Assembly (NCBI RefSeq): GCF_001194135.2
Contig: NC_068985.1
Coordinates: 100,927,081 to 100,976,494 of the forward strand
Source of the DNA: Octopus bimaculoides
Lineage: Eukaryota
DNA: 49,414 nt
Direction of reading: 5' to 3'
This document shows, one piece after another, positions 12,827 through 24,905 of the stretch. Both the position numbers and the translations under genes were made by a program. The notes under the pieces were generated by a model. It saw only the letters and a list, made by a program, of their open reading frames with translations. It was not told where the DNA came from and ran no database searches. Positions within the stretch are counted from its first letter, which is position 1, and each line of letters starts with the position of its first letter.

Positions 12827-14189
12827 AAATAGTATATACTTCCAGTCTTTGAAGTCTTTTTATTCTATGGTATTTCTGTTCAGTCAGTTCATTAATTTCC
12901 TAAATCTCAAAATGTGTATAAATTATAAAAGGAAACATATATTCGAGATAAACTTTACTTCAAAGACAGTGCTGAACATTTTTTTCTAATTATTTTTGAA
13001 ACTGCAGTTGTACTGTATTATTAATGTTGTTCATTTAGCAGGAATTGGTGTGTATTTCCCGATATCTTGCCTCAACAGTTTCCGTTACCTGTATATTAAG
13101 ATACAGATTATATTCTAGCATAAATTAACTATAAAAATGAAAAGGAAAGACAATAAAGAAAAAAGTTCGGACATATCCATAACAAACAGTCAAAATTGCT
13201 ATCCAAATATTTTCAATCCAAATATATATAAATCTGATGCAGAATATATTATATAATGGAACGAAATATAAAAATTCGCGATATGTAGACGTTATAAATT
13301 TGGCAATAATTTAACTATAGATATTCATGTGATTAATCAGTGAATGCCTTCTAAGAAAGAAAGCAACTTAGTAATAGTCGCAGTAAGTAATATCTTAAAC
13401 TTAAGTATTGCCATTAGCATAAATATTAAACACTCAAGGTATTACATAGATGTAGTATCAGAGTACGTGCGATAGGAAAAACCTGAACGTACTAATGATT
13501 CTGACATACCAGACGCAATCAAATATGTGTCGAAAGTTGTGTTAGAAGAAAATCAGTTGAAATATTAAGAAAGGAGAAATGAAATTGGAAAAAAAAAAGA
13601 GGATTTAAAAAAACTGACTTGCTAATGTAGCTACATGTTGTGCGAATAACAATTACGAAAGAGAATCGTCTCTAACTGATATCTAATAATTTATAATATT
13701 CTAGAGACTGAAAGAGAAGGAAGATAAATCACAGTACACACTGTGAAGTCCGCCAAACAAATACAAGAACGAAAGAATTGTTTAATTGATGAACGGGAAG
13801 TCAGCATGTAATAAATTAGAATATTATAATTAGTTGCTTAAAATTTGGAGCTGTAAATTAACAATTAGCCGCCTCGTTTTTGCTAATCAATTTTCATAGA
13901 AAATAGTATAAAATTAGAGATATTGTAGGTTTGGTACTTTTATGCACTGTAAATTAATTTAGCGTTATGAGATACCGACAGTAAAATGTTATCCTCGAAA
14001 ATATGCAAACATCAATATGCAAAATAAAATGACATATGAACATTCCAATTTAGAGGAAAAATATTAATGGAATATAATTTACACTTCGCACTTGTAGATG
14101 GTAGTAAAAACCGGGAGGCTACAGAAACAGAGTTGATATAAAACTTCAGCATTTGTATCTCAAAACGATGGGTCCATCTAAACAAAATA

Positions 14190-15050
14190 TGGTCACTTAC
14201 AAAATTTTAATACTAAAGCAATGCACTGCTTGAATCAGTTGCTTCTCGTCTTCTACTAATTCAAGTTTTCTATATAAGGGAGACAATCGATCATATATTT
14301 TCTTCTTTGAACTGCACCATCCGTCTTAGTCATAATCAAAATCAGTAGTATAATACACAATACAGTTTTGAAGTTTACAAATCCTAAGCGTCCCCGAAGT
14401 ATTTTCAGTACTCTATCCATCCATGCTTCAGTTCAATAGATTCACAATATTATGTGCAATTTCATGTTCCCAACCAGTTCAGAACCCTCGTATTAGGATG
14501 CGTATCATATTCCTTCTTGTAGTCTATCCACGCCGTCTTTAAGTTGGTTTTGCACCTTTCGCAACCTTTCAGCATAGTGTTATCTATCAATACTTAATAA
14601 TTGCCTCTTCTTCCTCCAGATCTGCACCGTTTTTCTCTTCCGTTAAAACGTTACTCTAGTTCAAGAACACATACATTTCCTCTGCCAGTAATCTAGTACT
14701 CAGCCTCAATACGATAGACAGATAAGGATATTGGCCTGAAGTTGTCAAAACCCTTGAGGTTTCTTTCCTGTATATTACTGGTCTGACCTTTGTCAACTAT
14801 GGTTTCTGTGAGATCTTTAGTCAATATGCTCATCTGCTGAATAGTCCTTTCATGGCACTTTGAATATCCCTGAAAACCATCTTGCTATTATTATTTTCAG
14901 TGGCTAATCGTCCTGCCTAGGAAATTCTCCTAGCTTCCTTTGACGTTTTGTTACCGAGGATATATATTACTTCTTTTTATGTTGCCGTGCACCTCTGCTT
15001 TAGAGTTGGGTGCTTCCCTTTTCTTCATATCTTAGAATATTTTACTCTCT
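14190..15050 (-). mobile_element. Decayed reverse-transcriptase region of an R4/Dong-type non-LTR retrotransposon
   Basis: Minus translation with frameshifts: DGFQGYSKCHERTIQQ...KGQTSNIQERNLKGFDNFRPISLS; LAEEMYVFLN*SNVLTEEK; LIDNTMLKGCERCKTNLKTAWIDYKKEYDTHP; IYDRLSPL; EDEKQLIQAVHCFS. Compare the R4/Dong pattern NYRPITCL...LLID...NL..AWIDYKKAYD.VPH. Confidence 0.85.
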
Positions 15051-15328
15051 TGTGCATTTTATGTTACCAAACAACTAATTGTATGCTACCAAGCAACTAT
15101 AAACATGCTTGAAAAGCGCCACAATAATTCCTATATTATATATATATCTGTCGCATGAGTACTTTTCGAAAGTCAGTGATATTACAAGTTTTATTTCTTT
15201 TATCAGAATCATATTTTGCTATTCTCTTAAGTTCCATTAACTTTGAAGAAATGCCAATAATTTCCCCCTTTTTCATTCTAAACACTTCGACAGACACTCA
15301 CACAAACACACACACACACACACACATA

Positions 15329-15425
15329 CATATACGTACATGCACTCACAAACATACTGGCACACACACACACGCACACACATATACGTACATGCACTCA
15401 CAAACATACTGGCACACACACACAC
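15329..15425 (+). repeat. 52-bp tandem duplication within a CA-rich tract
   Basis: catatacgtacatgcactcacaaacatactggcacacacaca starts at both 15329 and 15381. Confidence 0.85.
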
Positions 15426-15999
15426 ACACAAGCAAACACACACGCATTCCCACACTCTCACACGTGTGTCCTATATTCCTGTTCCTTCCCTACTCATATA
15501 AAATATTTTTATTTTCTTTGACTTTTCACATTAATCCTGTATTCAATGCAGTCACAAAATTACGTGTGTATACTAACCTACTTTTCCATTTGATCAAATG
15601 TACGATCAGGTATGTGAAGATTTTACATAGCTGACAATAAATTCTGCCACTGATAAAACAGATGACGTGATAGTTTTAATAGTTAAATTGTGAAAGAAAT
15701 ATGTGACATTGTTATTTTGTTATAGTAGCGCTTCTGAACAATCTGAGAAATATTAGTCTAAATAAATACAGTTATCTTCTGTGCAATTCTAAACACTTTT
15801 CAATCAGATAAAGGAGCGTCATTTTAACGCTCGCACTGAAAATGTCTAAGTATATTAGAGAATCGTTTGATTCCGTTTGTTCACTAGACTAGGGAATTAG
15901 TTGTGACACAGCTTGAAGATGAACTTTCATGTGACTAGATTTGGTGGCTGTCATTTATATTTACTTTTATTTCTTCCATTGCGTGACATATTCATTTCA

Positions 16000-16203
16000 A
16001 ATTTCGGCACTATACCAGGAAGTTCGGGGCAGAAGGTAACTCAATTATATTGAATCCATGTCTCAAATGGTACTGGTTGCATCGACCCGAAAATATGAAA
16101 GGCAAAGTTAGTCGTGGTGGAATTTGAACTTAGAAGCTCAAGAGAGACAAAATACTGCAAAACATCTTTCCCAGCGTGCTAAAGATTCTTCCAGCTCACC
16201 GAA
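16000..16203 (-). mobile_element. Degenerate tRNA-derived SINE (family A)
   Basis: Blocks atcgacccgaaaatatgaaaggcaaagtt, ggtggaatttgaactta and gcgtgctaaagattcttccagctcaccg match family A in reverse. Confidence 0.8.
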
Positions 16204-16946
16204 TTCCCATTTCCTGTTGTATCAAAATTTATAATAATTTATTATTCTACTGTAAAAATGACTTTATTCCCTTATAGACCAACTACTATCTATGAGAGTG
16301 TTTCCCATGGAGAAAAAAAATAATTTCTAAGCTATTCAGGTTTCATTCTATTCACATAGTGAAAAAGAACAGATATTATCGCTACAATATTTCGTCACCT
16401 TCACTTCCCTTTGCACCTGACCTGACATTCTATTTTACCGCATTAAATTGAAAATGAAGTGTAGATATACATGCTTTGGGCACGAGGATTTATATAATCA
16501 ATAAACATGAAAAACATTTGCCGCTGCTGCTACGGTTATTTATAATGTACTTATGTGTATGTAGGTTGGCATGAATCTCTCTCTCTCTATATATATATAT
16601 AGAGAGAGAGAGCGAGAGAGAGGGAGAGAGAGGGAGATAGATAGATATGTGGGTGTTTGTGTGTGTATAGAGTATCATATATATATATATGTGTGTGAGT
16701 GTGTGACGTTGTGAGTGTGTGAGGTTGTGCGTGTGGTGTGAGTGTGTGTGTTTGTGTGTGTAAATATGTACGTATACATATATAGAGAGAAATATAGATT
16801 GGTAGATATACATATGTATATATGTATATATATTATATATATATATATGTATATAAATATATTAATGAAATAAGTTAGAGTCGAGTAAATACGTGCATAA
16901 ATATGAGTAAAGGCGTGCGTATATGTAAGTATTGGAATGTGGTGTA

Positions 16947-16989
<43 letters not shown>

Positions 16990-18525
16990 NNNNNNNNNNN
17001 NNNNNNNNNNNNNNNNNNNNNNNNNNNNNNNNNNNNNNNNNNNNNNNNNNNNNNNNNNNNNNNNNNNNNNNNNNNNNNNNNNNNNNNNNNNNNNNNNNNN
17101 NNNNNNNNNNNNNNNNNNNNNNNNNNNNNNNNNNNNNNNNNNNNNNNNNNNNNNNNNNNNNNNNNNNNNNNNNNNNNNNNNNNNNNNNNNNNNNNNNNNN
17201 NNNNNNNNNNNNNNNNNNNNNNNNNNNNNNNNNNNNNNNNNNNNNNNNNNNNNNNNNNNNNNNNNNNNNNNNNNNNNNNNNNNNNNNNNNNNNNNNNNNN
17301 NNNNNNNNNNNNNNNNNNNNNNNNNNNNNNNNNNNNNNNNNNNNNNNNNNNNNNNNNNNNNNNNNNNNNNNNNNNNNNNNNNNNNNNNNNNNNNNNNNNN
17401 NNNNTGTGTGTGTGTGTGTGTGTAGTTATGTACGATTATTGGTACATTTCAATGATGAAGGCAAAATATTTTTATAGAGACCCTGAAACCTAGGGTCAGG
17501 TATTATCCAGTTTTCTCTAGTTTATAGATATATTTGTCATGCCACCCTATGCTTTATTAAATACATGATGCGGTTTAAGGTTTAGGTTTTGAGAGCTATT
17601 GCATGTTTGGTGGTATCTCTGAGACACCCTTATTTATAATTTTAATAATAGTCATAACCTATAATAAAATGGCAACGATTTCTGTATTATTTTAAGGACT
17701 AAATTGTTAACTGCAAGGTTTGTAAGTTTGTGCTATCGTATTTGGATATACTGTGTTCTACATATAAAATGAGATGCGATGAACAATTATATCGTTGTCG
17801 TTGTAATTATGATCTCGAATATAATACACATAATCTCATTAACCGGACACATAATTATGCATAATGCAGTGAGAAAATTGCAATTGATATATACATAATT
17901 TGTTTTTTTCAAAACAACATAAATTTAAATTATGAGGGAATATTAAAATCAAATTGCTAAACACTATTATTTTCAAATGATTCTTCTAGGTTATTTATTA
18001 AGCACTGAATGTGATTAGAGAATACATGAGATCTTTGTAATTAATTAAATTTAGCAAAACACAGTCAGAATTAAGTTAGAATTACAGATATAGTTTAGAA
18101 TTTCTGATAAAATCAAATAATAGTTCCTCATATGCTGTGCGTTGAAGGAAATGAATTCAAAAAACAGGTGTAGTTACCTTAACATTAGTATCGCTGCAGG
18201 CTAATAACCTATCTATTTATGTATGTATGTATGTATGTATGTATATATGTATGTATGTATCTATCTATATATCTATTTATTTGTCTGTACGAGTGAGTAC
18301 GTGCAGGCGCGCGCGTGTTTGTAGTAACAATTATTTAGAAAGAGATATATTTTACATTGGCATTTGCTATTCGTTTGTAAAGAACATTACATAAGATGAA
18401 ATAATGTGTTCTGGGTGCATAAAATATAGGAACACAATACATCATCAATATTACAAATTTTGCAATTGCCTAAATAATACACGAACAAAAGAAAGTGCGT
18501 ATACACGCATACATACACATATCTA

Positions 18526-18551
18526 CCTATGTATGTATGTATGTATGTATG

Positions 18552-18591
<40 letters not shown>

Positions 18592-18615
18592 TAGATAGAT
18601 AGATAGATAGATAGA
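18526..18615. repeat. (TATG)n/(TA)n/(GATA)n compound microsatellite
   Basis: Direct reading. Confidence 0.9.
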
Positions 18616-19419
18616 CACGTTCAATGAGGAAGAGAATGACTAATTGAATTCAATTGTCTATAGCAACGTACGTAAAGCTTTTGTGAAGAAGTTGTGGCTA
18701 ATGGAAAGCAATTTGTTTTGGATTACATGAAGCAAGAACATCCTGAGAGTAAATATATAACATATTTCCAATGAATTTTGTTTACTCTGAAGAAAGAGTC
18801 CATTCTTGTCACAAAGCGCAGGAAAAACAGATTCAAGGTGCATTTGGTTGCACGGAGATGCATAAGAAAGAGCAGCAGCTGAAAATTTGTGTCCTCTAGG
18901 TTCTGTAAAGAGTGATTTCTTAAATCTATCTCACAGAGAATCCAATACGCTTATATATACGTAGGAGATACCGTACATATCTTGATAATATATTAAGGGT
19001 GGTACCCATTTACAGTGACCTTAATTATAGTAACACTGAAATGAGATGACATTAGGCATTGCCGGCTATCATTGAAATGACGACTATATATGGTAAAATA
19101 TTCACATCATTTCCGCGTTGACATTCATTTTCCCGTAGACATTCACGCCCGGTCAGGTTGGAAGGTGTTATGTTTGGCTTTTTCTGGCAATCCATTGAAT
19201 GGTAACAAGCAGTGCGTGGAGAACTGGCCAAATCAGGGATGAAAATGCGCATGAATGCACTGCGGTTAGAGCTGTTGTCGTCATTTAAAAATGTTGCATT
19301 TATAATGCATAGTCATGTTCATATGCTTTCACTATAGTGCAGATCTCTCCCCGTTCCACATGCATTTTTCTACATTATTTACATTTGACGGATATTTGTT
19401 CTCATCTTGTTAACTGTAG

Positions 19420-19451
19420 TTTCGACTGATATACCCTCCAGCCTCCATCGG
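19420..19451 (-). ncRNA. Degenerate hammerhead-ribozyme-like core (probably inactive)
   Basis: Minus strand reads CCGAUGG-A-GGCUG-gaggguauau-CAGUC-GAAA. Compared with the hammerhead core CUGANGA-stem II-GAAA there are two core substitutions, one extra A, a 5-bp stem II (one G-U) and an intact GAAA. Stems I and III are not convincingly formed. Confidence 0.5.
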
Positions 19452-19474
19452 TTGTATGGGGAAATTTAGAACCT

Positions 19475-19574
19475 GTTATTATTATTGTTATTACTATTCA
19501 CTGCTTGGAATCGAACGCGGAATCTTGGGGTTAGTAGCCCGCGATATTAACCACTATACCATATGCTCGTGGGC
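19475..19574 (-). mobile_element. tRNA-like Pol III head (A and B boxes) plus (AAT)-rich tract; SINE-like or pseudo-tRNA, not a functional tRNA
   Basis: Minus: gcccacgagcataTGGTATAGTGGttaatatcgcggg-ctactaa-ccccaagattccgcGTTCGATTCCaagcagtgaatagtaataacaataataat. The acceptor stem does not pair. Confidence 0.75.
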
Positions 19575-19605
19575 AATTTTGGAGTGAATTTTAGGGTTTA
19601 TAAAT

Positions 19606-20020
19606 CTAACATTTCCTATCCTTCCTGAATACAGGCTCCCATATGCGTCTCATATCTACACTCGGACTGCTTCGGAGGCTGTTGTGTCCTAGTATAGGTG
19701 CTGCTTCTTCTAGTTTTCGAATTTCCAGTGGTTTTCTGTCTTTTATTTGAACTTCATCCCACAAGGGGCGGGGGAAGTGGACTCCATTTCTCCATACACG
19801 ATCAGCTATACCCAATTTATCAATATCTTCTCGTGTGACATGCATTCTCTGTCCAAATTTTATGCTTTATTTTCCGGTATTGAATTTTGAGTTTTTTCTT
19901 CTAGTAATCTCTATAACTGTATTTGGATAACCACCAGGTCCAACTTGCTGCGCATTATCATATTATTGTATAGCCTGGCGCTAAATAGACAGTCTACTTA
20001 TTATATAAGCAGACATTCTC
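19606..20020 (-). mobile_element. Relic of a Penelope-like element: C-terminal part of the GIY-YIG endonuclease
   Basis: ORF 19606-19845: KLGIADRVWRNGVHFPRPLWDEVQIKDRKPLEIRKLEEAAPILGHNSLRSSPSVDMRRIWEPV resembles the PLE EN tail (S.IAEH.W...H...WD.V.I.DRE....R...EA..I........W). An upstream GGYPNTVI (about 19915-19938) resembles the PLE NGYP linker motif. The GIY and YIG motifs themselves are not seen. Confidence 0.6.
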
Positions 20021-20744
20021 TTTAGCTTTAGATTGCCCCAACTTGGCCACAGTTTCAAGATGAAAAGAAGTAAAAGGACGATGTTATGACTCTTTTTCAA
20101 AAGCTTTCATACAAATTTACTGAGTTTACGAATATCAAATTTACCTTTTACTTTCGTTATTGTTTTATCATTCCGATATATATTTGGAAAATATATCATT
20201 GATTTATTGAAAGAAGACATATTGATTTCATTCTTTAAGTATTTTCACCTTAACACTATATTCAAATATGTTATTCAAATTTTCCTTTTTTTAGAATTCT
20301 CTCTTTTTATTTCTTTTTTTCAACTTGACTTCTTTTTAGATTTCGCTTCATATTTTCTTGATTAATATTCTGTAGATATGCTAGGCTTTACGTCTGTTGA
20401 TATTTTGTTCCTTTTATTATTATCATTGTTAAGAACGGTTTTTTTTTTGCTTGTGTCAGATCTATCTTCGTGATTTACGTTTTCAATTTTTATTGCTTTA
20501 ATACTTTTATTCTCCTTATTTTGTTTGTGTCATCTTATTTTTATGTAGTTATTTTATGTTGCATGCCGTTTTTTTCTCTTCATATTTAATATGTTTAGTT
20601 TTTTCTTTCTATGTGTGATATCTTTAGGTTGTGAGACTATAGTCTCTTATATTTTCTAGTCTGTTGGAATCTACAGTTACTTATATACGAGAAGTATTTT
20701 CCTTCAAAATATTTGTTGCGAAGTTCTCATGGTTTGAATAGACT

Positions 20745-20745
<1 letters not shown>

Positions 20746-20776
<31 letters not shown>

Positions 20777-20777
20777 C

Positions 20778-20825
<48 letters not shown>

Positions 20826-20874
20826 TCAACGACGGCAACGACAACAACAACAATAACAACAATAATAATGATAA
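20746..20874. repeat. (AAT)n/(AAC)n trinucleotide microsatellite
   Basis: Direct reading. Confidence 0.95.
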
Positions 20875-22915
20875 CATATGCACAAGAATACGAATGCATA
20901 TTCTCTGACGCATTTGAATCTGTCGTTTTGACGAATATTTTCCAGATCTTTATTCAAATTATAGCTTCATTAATTTCTTTTATCTTCACATTTGTGCTTG
21001 GATCAATTTCCGAAACCATACGTAATGCTGAAATGATGTCGTTTCCGTTTTCGGTTTAGTGGGAGGGGACAATTTTCAAGATTTGAATGTGATACTGTAT
21101 TTTGCTTATCACCTGAGTTTTATTGAATGTTATTATGTATAGCAGTATGGAGTATTTTATTCCCGATCATGAAGACATTTTTTAAACATATAATCATAGC
21201 TCTCTCACTCTTTTTTTCATAATGAGTCTTAGTATTAGAAGAAATGGAAGAAGTAGAGTTGCATGCTACTTATGATTAGGAATCTAAGTTGAAATAGTTA
21301 TTTCTTCATATTAAGTGATTTTATTCTTTTTCTTTCGGGTAAAAGTAATAGGTAATGGTTATGTCGGTGTGTTTTTGCAGAAACTCCAGATTACAGGGAC
21401 GTAACTTGGTCTAATGCGTTGCTGGTTGGCAAGCATCACATTATGCTCTGAGATATATGCACATCTATACGAAGGGTTTCCTTCTAGCATATCAACTGAA
21501 GAATGATAGGAAATTTTGAAATATACACCTCACATCGCTAAATAGAAATGAATATTTTTTTTTGGGGGGGGGGGTTTCTTGNNNNNNNNNNNNNNNNNNN
21601 NNNNNNNNNNNNNNNNNNNNNNNNNNNNNNNNNNNNNNNNNNNNNNNNNNNNNNNNNNNNNNNNNNNNNNNNNNNNNNNNNNNNNNNNNNNNNNNNNNNN
21701 NNNNNNNNNNNNNNNNNNNNNNNNNNNNNNNNNNNNNNNNNNNNNNNNNNNNNNNNNNNNNNNNNNNNNNNNNNNNNNNNNNNNNNNNNNNNNNNNNNNN
21801 NNNNNNNNNNNNNNNNNNNNNNNNNNNNNNNNNNNNNNNNNNNNNNNNNNNNNNNNNNNNNNNNNNNNNNNNNNNNNNNNNNNNNNNNNNNNNNNNNNNN
21901 NNNNNNNNNNNNNNNNNNNNNNNNNNNNNNNNNNNNNNNNNNNNNNNNNNNNNNNNNNNNNNNNNNNNNNNNNNNNNNNNNNNNNNNNNNNNNNNNNNNN
22001 NNNNNNNNNNNNNNNNNNNNNNNNNNNNNNNNNNNNNNNNNNNNNNNNNNNNNNNNNNNNNNNNNNNNNNNNNNNNNNNNNNNNNNNNNNNNNNNNNNNN
22101 NNNNNNNNNNNNNNNNNNNNNNNNNNNNNNNNNNNNNNNNNNNNNNNNNNNNNNNNNNNNNNNNNNNNNNNNNNNNNNNNNNNNNNNNNNNNNNNNNNNN
22201 NNNNNNNNNNNNNNNNNNNNNNNNNNNNNNNNNNNNNNNNNNNNNNNNNNNNNNNNNNNNNNNNNNNNNNNNNNNNNNNNNNNNNNNNNNNNNNNNNNNN
22301 NNNNNNNNNNNNNNNNNNNNNNNNNNNNNNNNNNNNNNNNNNNNNNNNNNNNNNNNNNNNNNNNNNNNNNNNNNNNNNNNNNNNNNNNNNNNNNNNNNNN
22401 NNNNNNNNNNNNNNNNNNNNNNNNNNNNNNNTATATAAAACAGAGACAGAGATATGGAATAGAGATTGAGGGATTATTCTTGAATACAATTATGCATCGA
22501 GTACACAGTTTCACATAAAATTTTACATGTTGTCTACATCTACAAAGAGAAGTCGGTTGAAGTACCCAATTTTATATCATTTCGTATGTACGATTAAAGG
22601 AATGCCAAGGACTTCATAACAGTTTATGAATAACTCTATTGATTTTCATTCATTTTCTGGACTTACACATCTCCACTAAACATATTTTTGAAGATTGCGC
22701 CAAAATATACATTTGCATTTACGAAATCTATACAGACATAAATCTACACAGAAATAAATATAGATGCATTGACGCATACAGATTCTTATATGTGTGTGAT
22801 AGCACGTATGGATTTGGAATACCATAATACTGTATTATCTTGAATTAATTAATTCCTTGAAATATTCTGTATTTCTAAACATCTCACACTCCTTCGCTTT
22901 CTCTCTCTCTTTCAA

Positions 22916-22957
<42 letters not shown>

Positions 22958-23471
22958 NNNNNNNNNNNNNNNNNNNNNNNNNNNNNNNNNNNNNNNNNNN
23001 NNNNNNNNNNNNNNNNNNNNNNNNNNNNNNNNNNNNNNNNNNNNNNNNNNNNNNNNNNNNNNNNNNNNNNNNNNNNNNNNNNNNNNNNNNNNNNNNNNNN
23101 NNNNNNNNNNNNNNNNNNNNNNNNNNNNNNNNNNNNNNNNNNNNNNNNNNNNNNNNNNNNNNNNNNNNNNNNNNNNNNNNNNNNNNNNNNNNNNNNNNNN
23201 NNNNNNNNNNNNNNNNNNNNNNNNNNNNNNNNNNNNNNNNNNNNNNNNNNNNNNNNNNNNNNNNNNNNNNNNNNNNNNNNNNNNNNNNNNNNNNNNNNNN
23301 NNNNNNNNNNNNNNNNNNNNNNNNNNNNNNNNNNNNNNNNNNNNNNNNNNNNNNNNNNNNNNNNNNNNNNNNNNNNNNNNNNNNNNNNNNNNNNNNNNNN
23401 NNNNNNNNNNNNNNNNNNNNNNNNNNNNNNNNNNNNNNNNNNNNNNNNNNNNNNNNNNNNNNNNNNNNNNN

Positions 23472-23508
<37 letters not shown>

Positions 23509-24298
23509 ATCTACGTTTACGTACGCACGCACACACACACGCACACACACGTATATACACAGACACATACACATACCCATACAGGGATGTGTATCTGCGA
23601 TTGTGTGTTTATATGTATGCTTACAAGTTATAAAACTGTGAACTTAACTGATTTCATTATACTAAACCGGTTTTATCTCTTTAGACAAGCCTTCTCTTTT
23701 CCAAAATAACGTATACGTATTATATAACATCATACTGCGCAAAAACACTTAGAACATTAATCAAGCTGTCAGCGTAAATTATATGGAATAACTCTCATGG
23801 ATAAGTTGAGCCATAGCTATGAATGTTTGCATAGTGATACTTTGCATGAAAAAAATATACATTCACATTCATCCATTAATCATATTTCGCATGACAGACT
23901 TAATGAATTAAGTATTCTGGTTTCGTTTCGTTTTGTTTGTATATTTTCCTTTTTAGTTTACTGAACATTTCTTATAATCTAAGCAGTCTATCTGAATTAC
24001 ATCAACAGAAAGGAATAAAATGTTGTTGTTTTCTTCTTTTTTTTTTTAGATTTCAGACTAGGTTTACAATGGAAGATATATATTATTTTGCATATGTTTA
24101 TGAATTACTATGCAGCATATCTAATGGGAAGGAAAGTATAAATATAAACTATCAAATATTTGTCTGGGCACTCTCAATCCGAAAACCTCATACAAAACTA
24201 GGCAAGAATACATTTACAATAGCACACACACATAAATACCTCTGCACAGTCTTTCATTTTCCCTTTCTCTCTCTCTCTCACACACATATATATATGTA

Positions 24299-24334
<36 letters not shown>

Positions 24335-24781
24335 NNNNNNNNNNNNNNNNNNNNNNNNNNNNNNNNNNNNNNNNNNNNNNNNNNNNNNNNNNNNNNNNNN
24401 NNNNNNNNNNNNNNNNNNNNNNNNNNNNNNNNNNNNNNNNNNNNNNNNNNNNNNNNNNNNNNNNNNNNNNNNNNNNNNNNNNNNNNNNNNNNNNNNNNNN
24501 NNNNNNNNNNNNNNNNNNNNNNNNNNNNNNNNNNNNNNNNNNNNNNNNNNNNNNNNNNNNNNNNNNNNNNNNNNNNNNNNNNNNNNNNNNNNNNNNNNNN
24601 NNNNNNNNNNNNNNNNNNNNNNNNNNNNNNNNNNNNNNNNNNNNNNNNNNNNNNNNNNNNNNNNNNNNNNNNNNNNNNNNNNNNNNNNNNNNNNNNNNNN
24701 NNNNNNNNNNNNNNNNNNNNNNNNNNNNNNNNNNNNNNNNNNNNNNNNNNNNNNNNNNNNNNNNNNNNNNNNNNNNNNNNN

Positions 24782-24905
24782 AGAGAGAGAGAGAGAGAGG
24801 GGAGGAGAGAGAGAGACATACAGACAAACAGACAGACAGAAAGACAGACAAACAGAGACAGACCAACAGTCATACAGAGGCATAGTAAGATAGATAGATA
24901 GATAG
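24782..24905. repeat. (GA)n/(GACA)n/(GATA)n compound repeat
   Basis: Direct reading. Confidence 0.9.

Noticed and set aside
13450-13760. Possible LINE ORF1 relic (..QLRKRIVSN*YLIIYNILETE..)
   Set aside because: Many stops and only a vague resemblance; cannot be supported without a search.
18620-19270. Moderately GC-rich stretches with short ORFs
   Set aside because: No recognisable domain in any frame and no convincing paired splice sites or TIRs.
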